From a virus (lineage: Duplodnaviria; Caudoviricetes), in IMG/VR virus record IMGVR_UViG_3300025084_000023, positions 1 to 59,780 of that record: a DNA stretch of 59,780 nucleotides; one strand, 5' to 3'. Below, piece by piece: positions 16,055-26,865 of this stretch (its first letter is position 1; every line of letters begins with the position of its first letter). A program made the translations under genes and the position numbers. The notes beneath the pieces are model-generated. The model was not told the origin of the DNA and did no database searches. It saw only the letters and a program-made list of their open reading frames with translations.

Positions 16055-19000
16055 ATCTAACACTACCTCTACCTCTACCTCTGCTGCTAGACCTTCCTGA
16101 AGCTCCTCCTCTACCTCTAATCTTAGATTTGTTTCTATCGGTAGGTTTTGTGTAATTATACTTAGAATCTTTCTCTTCACGTTTAGCTTTTCTTTCAGCA
16201 GACTTCGCATCCTTAATAGCTTGACGCTCTAAATAGCCTTCTGATTCAGGTCCGAATGTTTTATTCCACAACTTCTTATTGTATCGCTTCATATCAGTCT
16301 CGTTGTCGTACTGACCTAGCTTATCTTCTTTGATTTGCTTAGCTGACTTTCCTTTAGGTCTGTATGAAGAGCTTATACCAAGCATATCGTACACATTTTC
16401 TTCGTTAAAGTCTCCCGTAGCTGTACGGGCAAGTCCTATGAACGGGTCAAACTGTACACCTGCGGCAAATTCTAAAAGACCACGAGTAGTGTTACCAATA
16501 ACTTTAGCGTAGTCACCTTTTTCAACGCCCTTCGATATCTTCTTTATCTTTTGATACACACCACCAAGAGGGTTAACAACATCACTAACAGGTTTGTCGC
16601 CCACGCCTTTAGCTTTATTAGATATCTCCTCAACTACGGTACCCAACATAGGTATTTTATATATCTGATTCATACCAACCATAGCCTCACCCATCTTCTG
16701 AAGTACTTCCTCTCTATCCTCTTCATCACCTTTAAGCATCCTAGCAGCGTTCGCAGCCACAGCAAATAGTACGTTAGCTACACCTAGGTTTAAGAATAAA
16801 GACCTTACATCCTTAGAGCTAAGAGGTTTCTTTCCTGAGATAGCTCTAGTTATATTGGTGTAGGATTGCATAACCTTATTCATTTGCAAGAATAAAGTAC
16901 TCCCAAACATTGTAAACGCCCTAGTGTACGGGCTCTTAGCCATTTGAAGAGGAATCTTTTCAGTACCTCTACGTGTCTGCTGAGTAGCGTTATAGTCTTC
17001 AAACTTTGCCATAGCCTCAGCTTTGCTCATACCATTAGCTATATCACGGTTATAGTTAATCATATAACCCATCACGCCCATAACATCACCTATTACTGTA
17101 GGTGCTGCTGCTGCAGTCTTAAGGGCTTGTCTAATCTTACCGATAGGGGGTTTACCTGATTCTTTGTAAATCAACCCACCTGATTCAAGGGAATGAACAT
17201 CCCCTTCCAATCCTTGAAGTAAACGCTCTTGAAGCATTGGAGACATCTCCCAAGCTCTCTTTACATTAGACCTAAAGTTTACTATTAAGTTTGCCGCATC
17301 AACCATAAACATAACAGCATCAAGGCCGGGTATTTTCTTTTGTCCTTTTGGTCTATATGAATAATCTTCATACGCATTAATAAAGGATGTAGCTTGCTTT
17401 GGTATCTGCATTAGCTTTAAAGCTAAAGCAAAGCTAGTGTATTTGGTTTGAAGCCTATCTAATATACTAGGCTCTAAAGCACTCTGATAAGAGCCCGGAT
17501 TTACATCCATATTTATAGCGTTCTTCACTGCCTTGGTTAGACCTGCTTGTTCAAGTAAAGTCTTTACTGCAGGGAAGTTCATTATTGCGGCTAATTTTTT
17601 AACCGTAGGAGCGTAGGCTTTAAACCTCTCCATCGAGTCGATGTGGTTATCTAAAACCTCAGTAAAGTTTGCATTCAAATCAATCTCACCCTCAACATTA
17701 TCTCTATCCTTAAGAGCGTCAGCAAACTGAGCGTCTTGTATAGCTCTGAAATCACCATCCTCTAACATCTTAGAGTTTGTTTTTTCTTGATGAGTTTTAG
17801 TAGGGAAATAATTATCAATGTAACTAAGGTTAGAGTCGTTAACATCTCTATAAACCTCATTGGTTTCGTTGTAGTACTCAGTACTTAAGTATTCTACGGT
17901 CTTGTCTACAAACTCCACAACCTCTTTACCTAGAATAGCTTCAATCTCTTTTAGCTTTGCGTCAGTAAAACCTTGAGCGAGTAATTTTTTACGTTGCACT
18001 TCGTTCTTACTAAGAGCTAGGATTCTCATTAGCTCGTTTGCAGAGAAGTCCATCGTCCCAATGTCTTTACCTTTCTCTTTTATACCGCTCAATGTGTGGA
18101 CACCTGTATAAAGTTTATTCTTTATATCAGCATAGCTATTAATACCTGTTATAGTTTTAGCTATAGAGTCAAATTTCTTACGCTTAACTTGAAGTCCTTT
18201 AGTATAATTACTTACAGCTCTGTTTAGTGGCTTATATATATTGTCAGTAAAGAATGTCCCCGACTTGTCTAAACCGTTTGTTAGAGTACCTAAGTGAGTT
18301 AAAGAGTTTTTAAAAGCCTGCATAGATTTAGAGAATGATTTGAAATCAAAAACACCAACGTAGTCAGATATGGCTTTACCCAAACCTTTACGCCAAATTT
18401 TAGACTCTATATCTCGCTGCTCTTTCTTTAGCTGAGTAGGGCCTTTAAGCGTGCCATCCTCATTGTAAAGTTCAGAGTAACCATCATTAATATCTTTATC
18501 TGCCTGCTTCTTTGTTTCTTTAATCTCAGCTCTAAACGCTTCCTTTCTTAGTTGAAGTGCAGAACGGCCGCCCTTCTTTCCTTCTTGAACATCCTTAAGT
18601 AAAGACTCTAGCTGTTCCAAAGACATATTATTTATATCTTTAATAGAGTCTAAACTTTCGTATGCGTACACCTTCTGCTTTTGAGTTGGAGTAAGGCTAT
18701 CAAAATCCTGTTCAAGCAATGTGTCGATGTCGCTAAATAACTTATCTTTAATTTGAGCTGCAGTTTTATTATCTATAGCCATAGCTAAAACCTTTCGCAT
18801 TGCATTAAAGAATGCTGCAGTCTCAGGGTCAAATGATTTAGATTTCTTAACAGCATCATTTACTTTGCCGACAATATCTTTAACTATAGACTTCTTTAAC
18901 TTACCTTCAGACTTGTTGTACACATTCTCCATATAGTCAACAAACCTATCAACTTGAGCTTCACTTGTTACATCTGTAGCTGCAAATCTTTTTAGTATAC

Positions 19001-22000
19001 GTTGAGCTTGACTGTTAGTGATGTTTCCATTCTTAACTAGCTTACCTACCTCGGCTGCTAAGTTCTTCTCAGCCTCAATGATAAACTTCTTCATATCCTT
19101 ACCACCTCTTATAGCGTCTTTAATACCTTGTATAATACCATCAGCAGCAGATAATGTTACTTGGTCTGATTTTTTTATACCCAATATTCTTTTTACAGAA
19201 GGAGATGTCTTTTCTTTTGCTCCAAGTTTTTTTCTTAAATCTCTTACAGCGGTTTCTTTCTGTATGTCGGTAGCTGCTTTGTAAGCGTCTGTAGTTTTTA
19301 GTACAGCTACAGCACTATCAATCTTAGCTTGAAAACTCTTACCTCTCTTGCCTGTCTTTTCGTACTTACTTACTAAATCGGTAATGATGTCAAACATCTT
19401 CATACCACCCTTAACGGTGGTCTCAATCTTAGAGCCTTTGATTTTTTTATTAGCCTCCTTAACCTCAGCCATTGCTTCGGTTATAGACTTAGCGTCTAAA
19501 CCTCTTTGCTTTAATGTAAATTCTATTTGCTTATCACTCATACCAAGAGCTAATGCTTCTTTGATTGTAGCCTTAACATCTCTACCTACCTCGAACCTAG
19601 CCTTAGATGATTGAGCTTCAGTCTTTGCGTCAAACTTAGTCTTAGATTTTGCATCTAAAGGTTTACCACCAAACAAGTCAGCAAGACCTGTGTTAATAAA
19701 TTCGTCAAGTGTTAAGTTTTCTATATCCTTCATCTTTAAATCTTCAGATGTAGTAAACTTCTCTTGAATATATTTAAAGGTAGCGTTCATCCACTCCTTA
19801 AACTTAGATTGTTGAGCAGCATTAGCAATAGTCTCACCTTTAGTAGCCATAAGTTCTACTAAGGCTTCCTCTCTAGCCAACTTAGTATCACCGTACTTTT
19901 CAATCGCAGCTTTTAAGGCATCAGTACCTTCAACTAACTTTAAACCACGAGCCAAAAGAGCTGTACCTTTTTTACCTGAAGCATCTGAACGTAAGAAATC
20001 AGTCCATATATGACCGAACTCGTGTATTGGCGTAGCTAAGGAATCAAAAGCAGGGTTTATAAATATCTTACCATCCTTAGTTAAACCAAGAATAGTTTTG
20101 CCATTAGACTCTTGAGTTCTAACGCCCGGTTGGTCTAGTATAGCATCAAACTCAACCTGACTTGTTGCTACATTAACCGATGGGAAGGCAAACTTTAATT
20201 TACCTATAAGTATGTCAAGGTTTGACTGCTTCGTTTTAGCAGCGTCAGATTGAAAAACCTTATCATTAAAGAAAGACCCCCCAACTTGCTGTGTTGCAAA
20301 GTCTTTAGTTGGGAACTTCCCTGTTTTTTCTCTCTTAAAAACTCTACTAGCTTTAGCTCTCCAAGTTGAGAATACATCAATACCGTGTTTTGGTTTAGAG
20401 ATTAAAGCTATCGCTTTACCTTTAGGTCCGAAGCCATAGTTGTCGTGATTTACTTTTGTTACACCGCCTTTATCCGTAACATCAATACCAACAACAGCCA
20501 CAATATCTCCGTGCTCTCCCTTCATCATTGAAGGTTCTCCGATTGCTTTGTATATGTTATCAGCAAAGAAAGCGTCTGTATTAAACTTAGGATTCCCTTC
20601 AGCTAAAGATTTTATTACAGCCCTACTATTTGTTTTAGCCCCCGGTGGATATATCAATGATTCAAATAATAACTTTCTCTCGTCAAGATTTAGGGTGTTC
20701 ATATCACCCTTAGCTCTTTGGTTTGCTTGTTTAACAACTAAGTCAGTTAACTGACCTAGGTTTTTAATCTTATTCTTATTAATAAATTCCTTCAGTTTAA
20801 TCGCTGAAGCAACTTTCTTTTTACCTACCGTAGATTTTTGAGAGGCATTCATTGCTGCGTCTAAAACAGATTGCAAATCTGCTAAAGCCTTTACTTGATT
20901 CTTTTTTGGTGCAGCCTTTATTGCAGGGCTTACATATCTAAATATAGCTTCATTAGAATTAATGGCACTATCAGACATTCTAGCTATAGCCATAGGTACG
21001 TGACCTTGAGGTAGCTTTCCGTCAGCCCATAGCTTGTCAAACAACACTTTATTTTTTTCATATAATTTTACAGCGTTGTCAAATTGAGTTTTAGCACCAT
21101 CTTTATTCACACCCGCCCAAGCGGCTTCTGTATTCTTACCTAGTATATTAAACATTAAACCCCCATCAACATCCATATTGTTCCCTTGAGCATCTTTTAC
21201 TGTACCGGAAGCGAGGATGTCTGACATACCTGTTAGCATAGGTATACCATCAAAGAAGTCAATAGGTTTAATTAAATCGTTCTCACTTTTAACACCTATA
21301 AAGTCTAAGACTTTTCGTGAAATCTTTTTAATCGAGTTACTTTCTTTTATTGGATTAACTTCATAATCCCTAGAAGCTCCTGATGCTTCAAACTCAATCT
21401 CATTCTTGTCCATCTTGTTCATCTCCTCAGTAATAGAAGATGTTTCTTGGTCTTGAGTTTCTAATCCATCTAATCTAAACCTAGGTTTACCCTCTACCCC
21501 CGTTTCGACATCAGGTTCTTGAACTTCTTGTGTAGTCTCTTTGGTAAGTTCGCTGACTTCGGCGTCTCCCTCTCCCACTGTTTGGCTATCTCCGGTTTGT
21601 TCTTGTACATCCACCGTCTCTGTGCTTGGCTCTTGAATGGCATCTGCTTGTTCTTTTAAAAGTTGTTCTTTCTTTGATTGTATCTGTTCTGCAGTTGGGT
21701 TTACTACACCTTCTTTATTAAGAGCTTCTACTGCAAACTCTTCAGTCACTATATTAGTTGTTGTGCTAACATCGTCACCATCAACTATTGTCTCAGTTTC
21801 TCTAGCTTCACCTTCTGTAATAGGATTCTCCTGAAGGGATTTAATCTTAGACTTTATCTCTGATGATTTATCTTTAGCAAATTGAGTATCATTACCTTTT
21901 AAACCATCTAACTCAACCTGAAGCTCTGTTATTGCGTTTAATGTAGGTTCATTAATACTAGAGTCTACCTTTAAAATATCATTCTTTATAGTAGCCTCCT

Positions 22001-23435
22001 TAAACTTCTCGTCATAAATTGCTTGAAGTTCAGAATCGTTCTCTATATTAATATCTGCTTTAAGTAATTGCTCGGGAGTTGACTCTCGTAAAAACTTAGC
22101 CATCATAGGCCCCGACACCTTAGCGTCATTACCCGTACCATTAATCTTGTACTTAGGAGACTTATATAAACCATATCCTACGGATATTGGAGCTGTAGCT
22201 GTACCTGCCACACCTTCAAATAAAATCTCTGCCACGTCCATCTCTTGACCTGCAGCTACCCTACCTGCTATCTCACCTACAGAACCACCTACAGCTTCAG
22301 TTGCCCCACCGGCTGCTGAAGCTAATAATTTTCTACCCGTAGACTTAGCTACAGAGGTTGTTAATTTACTCGCTACACCACCAAACGCTGCGTCTACAGC
22401 TCCAATAGTTAAACCTCTAGCTACAGCTTTAAATCTAATATCGTCCATCATCTCTTCGTCCTGAAGAACTTCACGGATATTTTCATTAGTCATTGGCTTA
22501 TCACCAAGCTGTTCTTGAAGTAGCTCTGAGTACGTAAGACCTGCTTCTAGAGCTGTACCTGCACCACCCATAGCTCCCGCTATAGCTCCTGCTCCAACAC
22601 CAAAAGGTGTAAGTGTAGCTGACCCTGCAACAGCTCCTGCACCCGCACCTGTGGCTGCACCCGCTAATACTGCAGGCGTTAGCATAGCACTAACCGAGGA
22701 TACGAATAGTTGTGGTATAACAGTTGGGTTAGCGGCAACGCCTTTTATAAAACCAAGGACACCACCACCATCTTTTTGATATATTTTTTGAAAGTCACGC
22801 ATTTCATCAGATTCACCTGCGTCCTGCATTCTTTTTTGTGCAGCTATAAAGTCTTGTATATCTTCATCGCTTGCGTCAGCGCCCTTTGCAAATAATTCAA
22901 GTGACTCATCTACTGAACCACCCTGTGCTTGACCTGCTGCACCGGCTCTATATAAGTCACCAAATAAATCTGTAACTACATTCTTACCGAATGCTCTTTC
23001 AAGGGCTGTATCTTTCTCGCCTTGCTCAAACTCAGCATCTGAGAAATCTAAATTAATGCTTTGAGGTTCAGGAGCAAAGTCTGTTGGAACAGACTCATCT
23101 ACAATTGAAACCTCTTGCTCTTGTATTGATTGAGGGCTAGCCTCTTGTATTGGAACTGAAACATCCGATGAGATAACTTCTTCCTGCTCTGTTGGTGTAA
23201 TGGATTCCGTAACGTCCTCTTGAACAATAGAAACGGATTCGTCTTTTTTTTTTACTCCAACAAGAGTAGAGAAATCTTCTATAGATTTTCCGTATCCTTT
23301 TTCTTTAAATAAAGTATACGAATCATTTAAAGCATCAGGATTTGTATTTATAAGATTCACGTATTCATCAAAAGATTTAGTATAACCTTTCTGTTTAAAT
23401 AACTCGTAAGAATCTTTTAGTGCTTGCTCGTTCAT
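16053..23435 (-). CDS. Large internal virion / ejection protein with zincin-like HExxH motif
   Basis: 2460 aa, last gene of the virion operon; TPIHEFGH..EEAL; Gly/Ala-rich hydrophobic region; RG/RS-rich C-terminus. Confidence 0.7.
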   Translation of the reverse strand: MNEQALKDSYELFKQKGYTKSFDEYVNLINTNPDALNDSYTLFKEKGYGKSIEDFSTLVGVKKKDESVSIVQEDVTESITPTEQEEVISSDVSVPIQEASPQSIQEQEVSIVDESVPTDFAPEPQSINLDFSDAEFEQGEKDTALERAFGKNVVTDLFGDLYRAGAAGQAQGGSVDESLELFAKGADASDEDIQDFIAAQKRMQDAGESDEMRDFQKIYQKDGGGVLGFIKGVAANPTVIPQLFVSSVSAMLTPAVLAGAATGAGAGAVAGSATLTPFGVGAGAIAGAMGGAGTALEAGLTYSELLQEQLGDKPMTNENIREVLQDEEMMDDIRFKAVARGLTIGAVDAAFGGVASKLTTSVAKSTGRKLLASAAGGATEAVGGSVGEIAGRVAAGQEMDVAEILFEGVAGTATAPISVGYGLYKSPKYKINGTGNDAKVSGPMMAKFLRESTPEQLLKADINIENDSELQAIYDEKFKEATIKNDILKVDSSINEPTLNAITELQVELDGLKGNDTQFAKDKSSEIKSKIKSLQENPITEGEARETETIVDGDDVSTTTNIVTEEFAVEALNKEGVVNPTAEQIQSKKEQLLKEQADAIQEPSTETVDVQEQTGDSQTVGEGDAEVSELTKETTQEVQEPDVETGVEGKPRFRLDGLETQDQETSSITEEMNKMDKNEIEFEASGASRDYEVNPIKESNSIKKISRKVLDFIGVKSENDLIKPIDFFDGIPMLTGMSDILASGTVKDAQGNNMDVDGGLMFNILGKNTEAAWAGVNKDGAKTQFDNAVKLYEKNKVLFDKLWADGKLPQGHVPMAIARMSDSAINSNEAIFRYVSPAIKAAPKKNQVKALADLQSVLDAAMNASQKSTVGKKKVASAIKLKEFINKNKIKNLGQLTDLVVKQANQRAKGDMNTLNLDERKLLFESLIYPPGAKTNSRAVIKSLAEGNPKFNTDAFFADNIYKAIGEPSMMKGEHGDIVAVVGIDVTDKGGVTKVNHDNYGFGPKGKAIALISKPKHGIDVFSTWRAKASRVFKREKTGKFPTKDFATQQVGGSFFNDKVFQSDAAKTKQSNLDILIGKLKFAFPSVNVATSQVEFDAILDQPGVRTQESNGKTILGLTKDGKIFINPAFDSLATPIHEFGHIWTDFLRSDASGKKGTALLARGLKLVEGTDALKAAIEKYGDTKLAREEALVELMATKGETIANAAQQSKFKEWMNATFKYIQEKFTTSEDLKMKDIENLTLDEFINTGLADLFGGKPLDAKSKTKFDAKTEAQSSKARFEVGRDVKATIKEALALGMSDKQIEFTLKQRGLDAKSITEAMAEVKEANKKIKGSKIETTVKGGMKMFDIITDLVSKYEKTGKRGKSFQAKIDSAVAVLKTTDAYKAATDIQKETAVRDLRKKLGAKEKTSPSVKRILGIKKSDQVTLSAADGIIQGIKDAIRGGKDMKKFIIEAEKNLAAEVGKLVKNGNITNSQAQRILKRFAATDVTSEAQVDRFVDYMENVYNKSEGKLKKSIVKDIVGKVNDAVKKSKSFDPETAAFFNAMRKVLAMAIDNKTAAQIKDKLFSDIDTLLEQDFDSLTPTQKQKVYAYESLDSIKDINNMSLEQLESLLKDVQEGKKGGRSALQLRKEAFRAEIKETKKQADKDINDGYSELYNEDGTLKGPTQLKKEQRDIESKIWRKGLGKAISDYVGVFDFKSFSKSMQAFKNSLTHLGTLTNGLDKSGTFFTDNIYKPLNRAVSNYTKGLQVKRKKFDSIAKTITGINSYADIKNKLYTGVHTLSGIKEKGKDIGTMDFSANELMRILALSKNEVQRKKLLAQGFTDAKLKEIEAILGKEVVEFVDKTVEYLSTEYYNETNEVYRDVNDSNLSYIDNYFPTKTHQEKTNSKMLEDGDFRAIQDAQFADALKDRDNVEGEIDLNANFTEVLDNHIDSMERFKAYAPTVKKLAAIMNFPAVKTLLEQAGLTKAVKNAINMDVNPGSYQSALEPSILDRLQTKYTSFALALKLMQIPKQATSFINAYEDYSYRPKGQKKIPGLDAVMFMVDAANLIVNFRSNVKRAWEMSPMLQERLLQGLEGDVHSLESGGLIYKESGKPPIGKIRQALKTAAAAPTVIGDVMGVMGYMINYNRDIANGMSKAEAMAKFEDYNATQQTRRGTEKIPLQMAKSPYTRAFTMFGSTLFLQMNKVMQSYTNITRAISGKKPLSSKDVRSLFLNLGVANVLFAVAANAARMLKGDEEDREEVLQKMGEAMVGMNQIYKIPMLGTVVEEISNKAKGVGDKPVSDVVNPLGGVYQKIKKISKGVEKGDYAKVIGNTTRGLLEFAAGVQFDPFIGLARTATGDFNEENVYDMLGISSSYRPKGKSAKQIKEDKLGQYDNETDMKRYNKKLWNKTFGPESEGYLERQAIKDAKSAERKAKREEKDSKYNYTKPTDRNKSKIRGRGGASGRSSSRGRGRGSVR

Positions 23436-23444
23436 ATCTTAATC

Positions 23445-25673
23445 TTAATATTGTGATGTATCTAAGTCAGTCGTAATATCAGAATCCTTGTCGAATCCAT
23501 ACACATCAGCTAAACCGTTAAGGTTTGCTTTACCAATAGATGTTAAATAACTTCTAAGTTTATCTCTTTCTTCAGTATCAGATGAATCAAAGTAGTTGTT
23601 AGTGTCAATTGTAACAGTCTCTTCAACTCCCGGGAAGGATAATGTAACTTGATTACTAAACCCAAGACCTCTTTCTCCCGCAGTCTCAATGACCATATTA
23701 CCAAATCCTCTTAGTGGACCGTCACCTCCAATCATTTTCTCAAGAGCAGCCTTAAAGTTTTCATCGTCTGAACCTACCTCTGCGTCTGATATACTAAATA
23801 AATCTCTATCAATAGCGCCATCAACTATATTTGCTAACTGAAGCTCGTATGACGAGTCTACTTGCTCAGCAGTTTGAACCTCAGTAGAGGCATCGTAGTC
23901 AGTGTAAGTACCTTGGTCATCGTAACCCATATCATCCATAATGTCTACAACATTAAGCTCATTAGCTACTAACGCTGACATAGACTCAACAAAGTCTCTT
24001 TTATTCTCTATTGGTATACGTTTAACTATAGGCGTCTTTCCATCAACATCAAACATCTCAACAACAACCTCGTTGTTATTTCTTTCAATGCTTGTAATGT
24101 CTCTGTTAGCGTTAGATATATAGTTTAGAGCTGCATCAATTTGAGATTCAGAACCATCAAACACGTGGCCAATCTTACTAACGTAGTTAGACACAAGTTT
24201 TTTCTCTTTTATATCTTTAGCCTCCCACTGCGTAGGTTTGTTTATTTTTGTAATCTGTGCTTCAGTATATATATTTCTTAACTTTTTCTCCTCGTCAAGG
24301 TACTTAAGCTCTATTCTTTCTTTTTCTTCCTTAGTCTTAGCTGCAGCCATATCAGAATTGTGCTTAGCTGCACGCTCTTTCATAATAGCTTCAGTGTTTT
24401 CAATAGATAAGTCCATTGTCTCAAGCTCCTTAGGATTCTTTAGAGCAAGATGTTTAATTACTTGGTCTAGCTTTTCATTAGATAACCCCATAGCCTTCAA
24501 CTCAAGTGGAGTTTTCTGAGCTATAACTGATATTTGTTGTTGAGCAGCCTCGTTGTCTAACTCCAACTTGCCTTTCTTAAGGCTTTTTGTATCCTCAAAG
24601 AAGTCAATGGCTTGCTGTGTTTGTTCGTTAGCCAACTTTTGAGACTCTCTTTTAACTTCCAAGCTAGAAGTTTCTGTAACACCTATCTTAGAATCTATAG
24701 CCGTTCTAAGTATTTCAGCCGCTTCAGCCTCCTGATTCTTCGTAAGTAAAGGTTGTGAAGCACCGCTATTAGGGTTTGTTGGGTCAGGTACTAAATATAT
24801 AACACCCTCTTCTTGTACCTCAGGTAGCTTGTTGTTTGGTAGTGTTTCAAACCTATACTCTTTACCTGCTCTATTTGTAAGTATACTAGCTGCGTTGTGA
24901 GTGTTAACCAACTCTCTTTGTATTAAATCATTAGTGGCTTTTACAAAGTCAGGATTTTTCTTCATATCATTAAGAAGACCAACATCACCACTTTCAATAA
25001 CCCTTTGATACTTCACGTCATATGCTCCCTTGATTCCTTCAGAAAACTTATTAACATCGAAGTTATCTATCTTACGTTCAACTGTATTCTTTAAGCTAAA
25101 GATTGACTTTCTGTCGCTAGGGTTTGAAGACATAACCATATTTCCGTCACCATCATCAACCATCTTGCCTACCGACATCTGTCCTGTAACCGGGTCAATA
25201 TATACACCTGAGTTTGCAGGGTCACCAAATGCTTGTATCTGTGCGTTTTGGTATATCTCTTCAGCCGAAGCATTACCCGAATTAGCTCTTTCTAGACTAG
25301 CTGCATAATCAGCGTTAAACTTTTTTGAAACCTCAAACATATCTACTGTTCCTTGCTTAAGGTTTGCTCGCATTGCGTTGTATTGCTTAAGAGGTAACTG
25401 ACCTGCCTTTAGTTTCTTATCTAAGTCAAGCATATATGCAGACGCATCAGAGGCAAATCTAGACATCCTTTCGTTAGCACCATCGTGCTGACCCTGAGGG
25501 GTGTCATTAAACTCACGCATATAATCACGTGACTCCTCGTCAAGTTTTATCTTTAAATCCTCACGTCTCTTTTCTTCAGCTAATAACTTAGCACTAAGGT
25601 CAGTACTAATTTGTCCCCAATTAACACCTTCAACAACAGGTCTTTCGCTTTGCTTATAATATGACTTAGCCAT
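23445..25673 (-). CDS. Putative internal virion protein
   Basis: 742 aa, helical; position between pilot-like and large virion genes. Confidence 0.6.
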   Translation of the reverse strand: MAKSYYKQSERPVVEGVNWGQISTDLSAKLLAEEKRREDLKIKLDEESRDYMREFNDTPQGQHDGANERMSRFASDASAYMLDLDKKLKAGQLPLKQYNAMRANLKQGTVDMFEVSKKFNADYAASLERANSGNASAEEIYQNAQIQAFGDPANSGVYIDPVTGQMSVGKMVDDGDGNMVMSSNPSDRKSIFSLKNTVERKIDNFDVNKFSEGIKGAYDVKYQRVIESGDVGLLNDMKKNPDFVKATNDLIQRELVNTHNAASILTNRAGKEYRFETLPNNKLPEVQEEGVIYLVPDPTNPNSGASQPLLTKNQEAEAAEILRTAIDSKIGVTETSSLEVKRESQKLANEQTQQAIDFFEDTKSLKKGKLELDNEAAQQQISVIAQKTPLELKAMGLSNEKLDQVIKHLALKNPKELETMDLSIENTEAIMKERAAKHNSDMAAAKTKEEKERIELKYLDEEKKLRNIYTEAQITKINKPTQWEAKDIKEKKLVSNYVSKIGHVFDGSESQIDAALNYISNANRDITSIERNNNEVVVEMFDVDGKTPIVKRIPIENKRDFVESMSALVANELNVVDIMDDMGYDDQGTYTDYDASTEVQTAEQVDSSYELQLANIVDGAIDRDLFSISDAEVGSDDENFKAALEKMIGGDGPLRGFGNMVIETAGERGLGFSNQVTLSFPGVEETVTIDTNNYFDSSDTEERDKLRSYLTSIGKANLNGLADVYGFDKDSDITTDLDTSQY

Positions 25674-26437
25674 TAGTAAAGTTTTATAGGGTTACCATAC
25701 ATATCAACAGCATCGGGCTGTCCGTAAATATTAAATGGATTTTGAAACTGCTGAGCAGGAGTCATTGAGAGTGACATATCAGGTCTAATTAATTGTGCTT
25801 GATTTGTAGGAATGGACGAAGGTGTTATAGTATCTAAAGTTACTGCCGTGTTAGTATCACCCGCTAATCTTGCAGCTCCCCCAACTTTATCCTGCTTATA
25901 CAACTCAGAGTTCTCATACAACGACATACCTGCATTAGCAAGCCCTGTAACGCCTGACATTATAGCTTGGTTTTGTTGGTTCTGCGCTTGTGCTGCAGCT
26001 ATTCCGGCACCCTCTGCTTGGTCTAAAGATAGATTAGCTCTTTCTCCCGCCAACCTTGATTCTTCTGCAGCCACTAATTTATTTAAAGCCTCTAAATCTT
26101 TTGTTTGCTTATCTGTAATACCTTGCTGTGCTATATTAGATTGAGCAAGTACTCGACCTGCAGTAGCAGCACCACCTCTCTCTGACTCACGACCCATCTC
26201 CATTGCTTGTGCTGCCTGTTGAGCTATCGCTTCTCTTTGGTTTAGGTATGGTGTCTTACTGATACCAAGCTGCTCAAAGTAATTCACGTCAAGCTGAGCT
26301 TCAGCCTTTTTAAACGCTGCGTCTGCCGCTGCTTGTGCGTCTTTAGCTAACTTTTTTTGTTTACCCGCTTGTGCAAAAGACATTCCTGTACTTGCTAAAG
26401 TTGCGCCCGTTGCTATTATTGCTGTTGCTGCTGCCAT
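25673..26437 (-). CDS. Putative ejection/pilot protein
   Basis: Ala/Gln-rich with hydrophobic N-terminus, typical of podovirus internal proteins. Confidence 0.6.
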   Translation of the reverse strand: MAAATAIIATGATLASTGMSFAQAGKQKKLAKDAQAAADAAFKKAEAQLDVNYFEQLGISKTPYLNQREAIAQQAAQAMEMGRESERGGAATAGRVLAQSNIAQQGITDKQTKDLEALNKLVAAEESRLAGERANLSLDQAEGAGIAAAQAQNQQNQAIMSGVTGLANAGMSLYENSELYKQDKVGGAARLAGDTNTAVTLDTITPSSIPTNQAQLIRPDMSLSMTPAQQFQNPFNIYGQPDAVDMYGNPIKLY

Positions 26438-26438
26438 A

Positions 26439-26843
26439 TTATAATACTTTAATCATTTCTTTGTTGTATGAATCACCTGTCGTATAACCCTGCTGCTCAT
26501 AAACACCAATAAGTCCGTTATGCTTTATAAGGGCATAAGCGAACTTATTATCTAGGTTCTTTGCAACTGATGTTAATGTCTGTATCAATATTGATAACGC
26601 TTCTTTACGTGATTCTTTATACTCCTTGTTAGATATAATCCAATCTACCCACGCTACTTTTGAGTTGGTGTTATATAAAAAGCCTGCGCATACAGGTGTA
26701 TCACCGTCCCAAACCATTATACCACCTTGACCATCTTGAGGTAAGAAATCTCTGCTAGGAGCTTCCCATCCCCAATCCTTCCACCATCCCTTAAGGATGT
26801 TGTCGTAATCTTCGTGCTGTAGTGGAGTTGTATTGAATTTCAT
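26439..26843 (-). CDS. GNAT-fold-like virion assembly protein
   Basis: 134 aa, PVCAGFLY..WVDWIIS; position before the ejection genes. Confidence 0.5.
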   Translation of the reverse strand: MKFNTTPLQHEDYDNILKGWWKDWGWEAPSRDFLPQDGQGGIMVWDGDTPVCAGFLYNTNSKVAWVDWIISNKEYKESRKEALSILIQTLTSVAKNLDNKFAYALIKHNGLIGVYEQQGYTTGDSYNKEMIKVL

Positions 26844-26865
26844 CTAGTAGCAAAGATACTAAATT

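Noticed and set aside
16053-23435. Virion RNA polymerase (crAss-like or N4-like) that would read the hairpins as promoters
   Set aside because: No DxDGD or recognisable single-subunit RNAP motifs seen, and canonical host-type promoters are present; a structural search would be needed to exclude it fully
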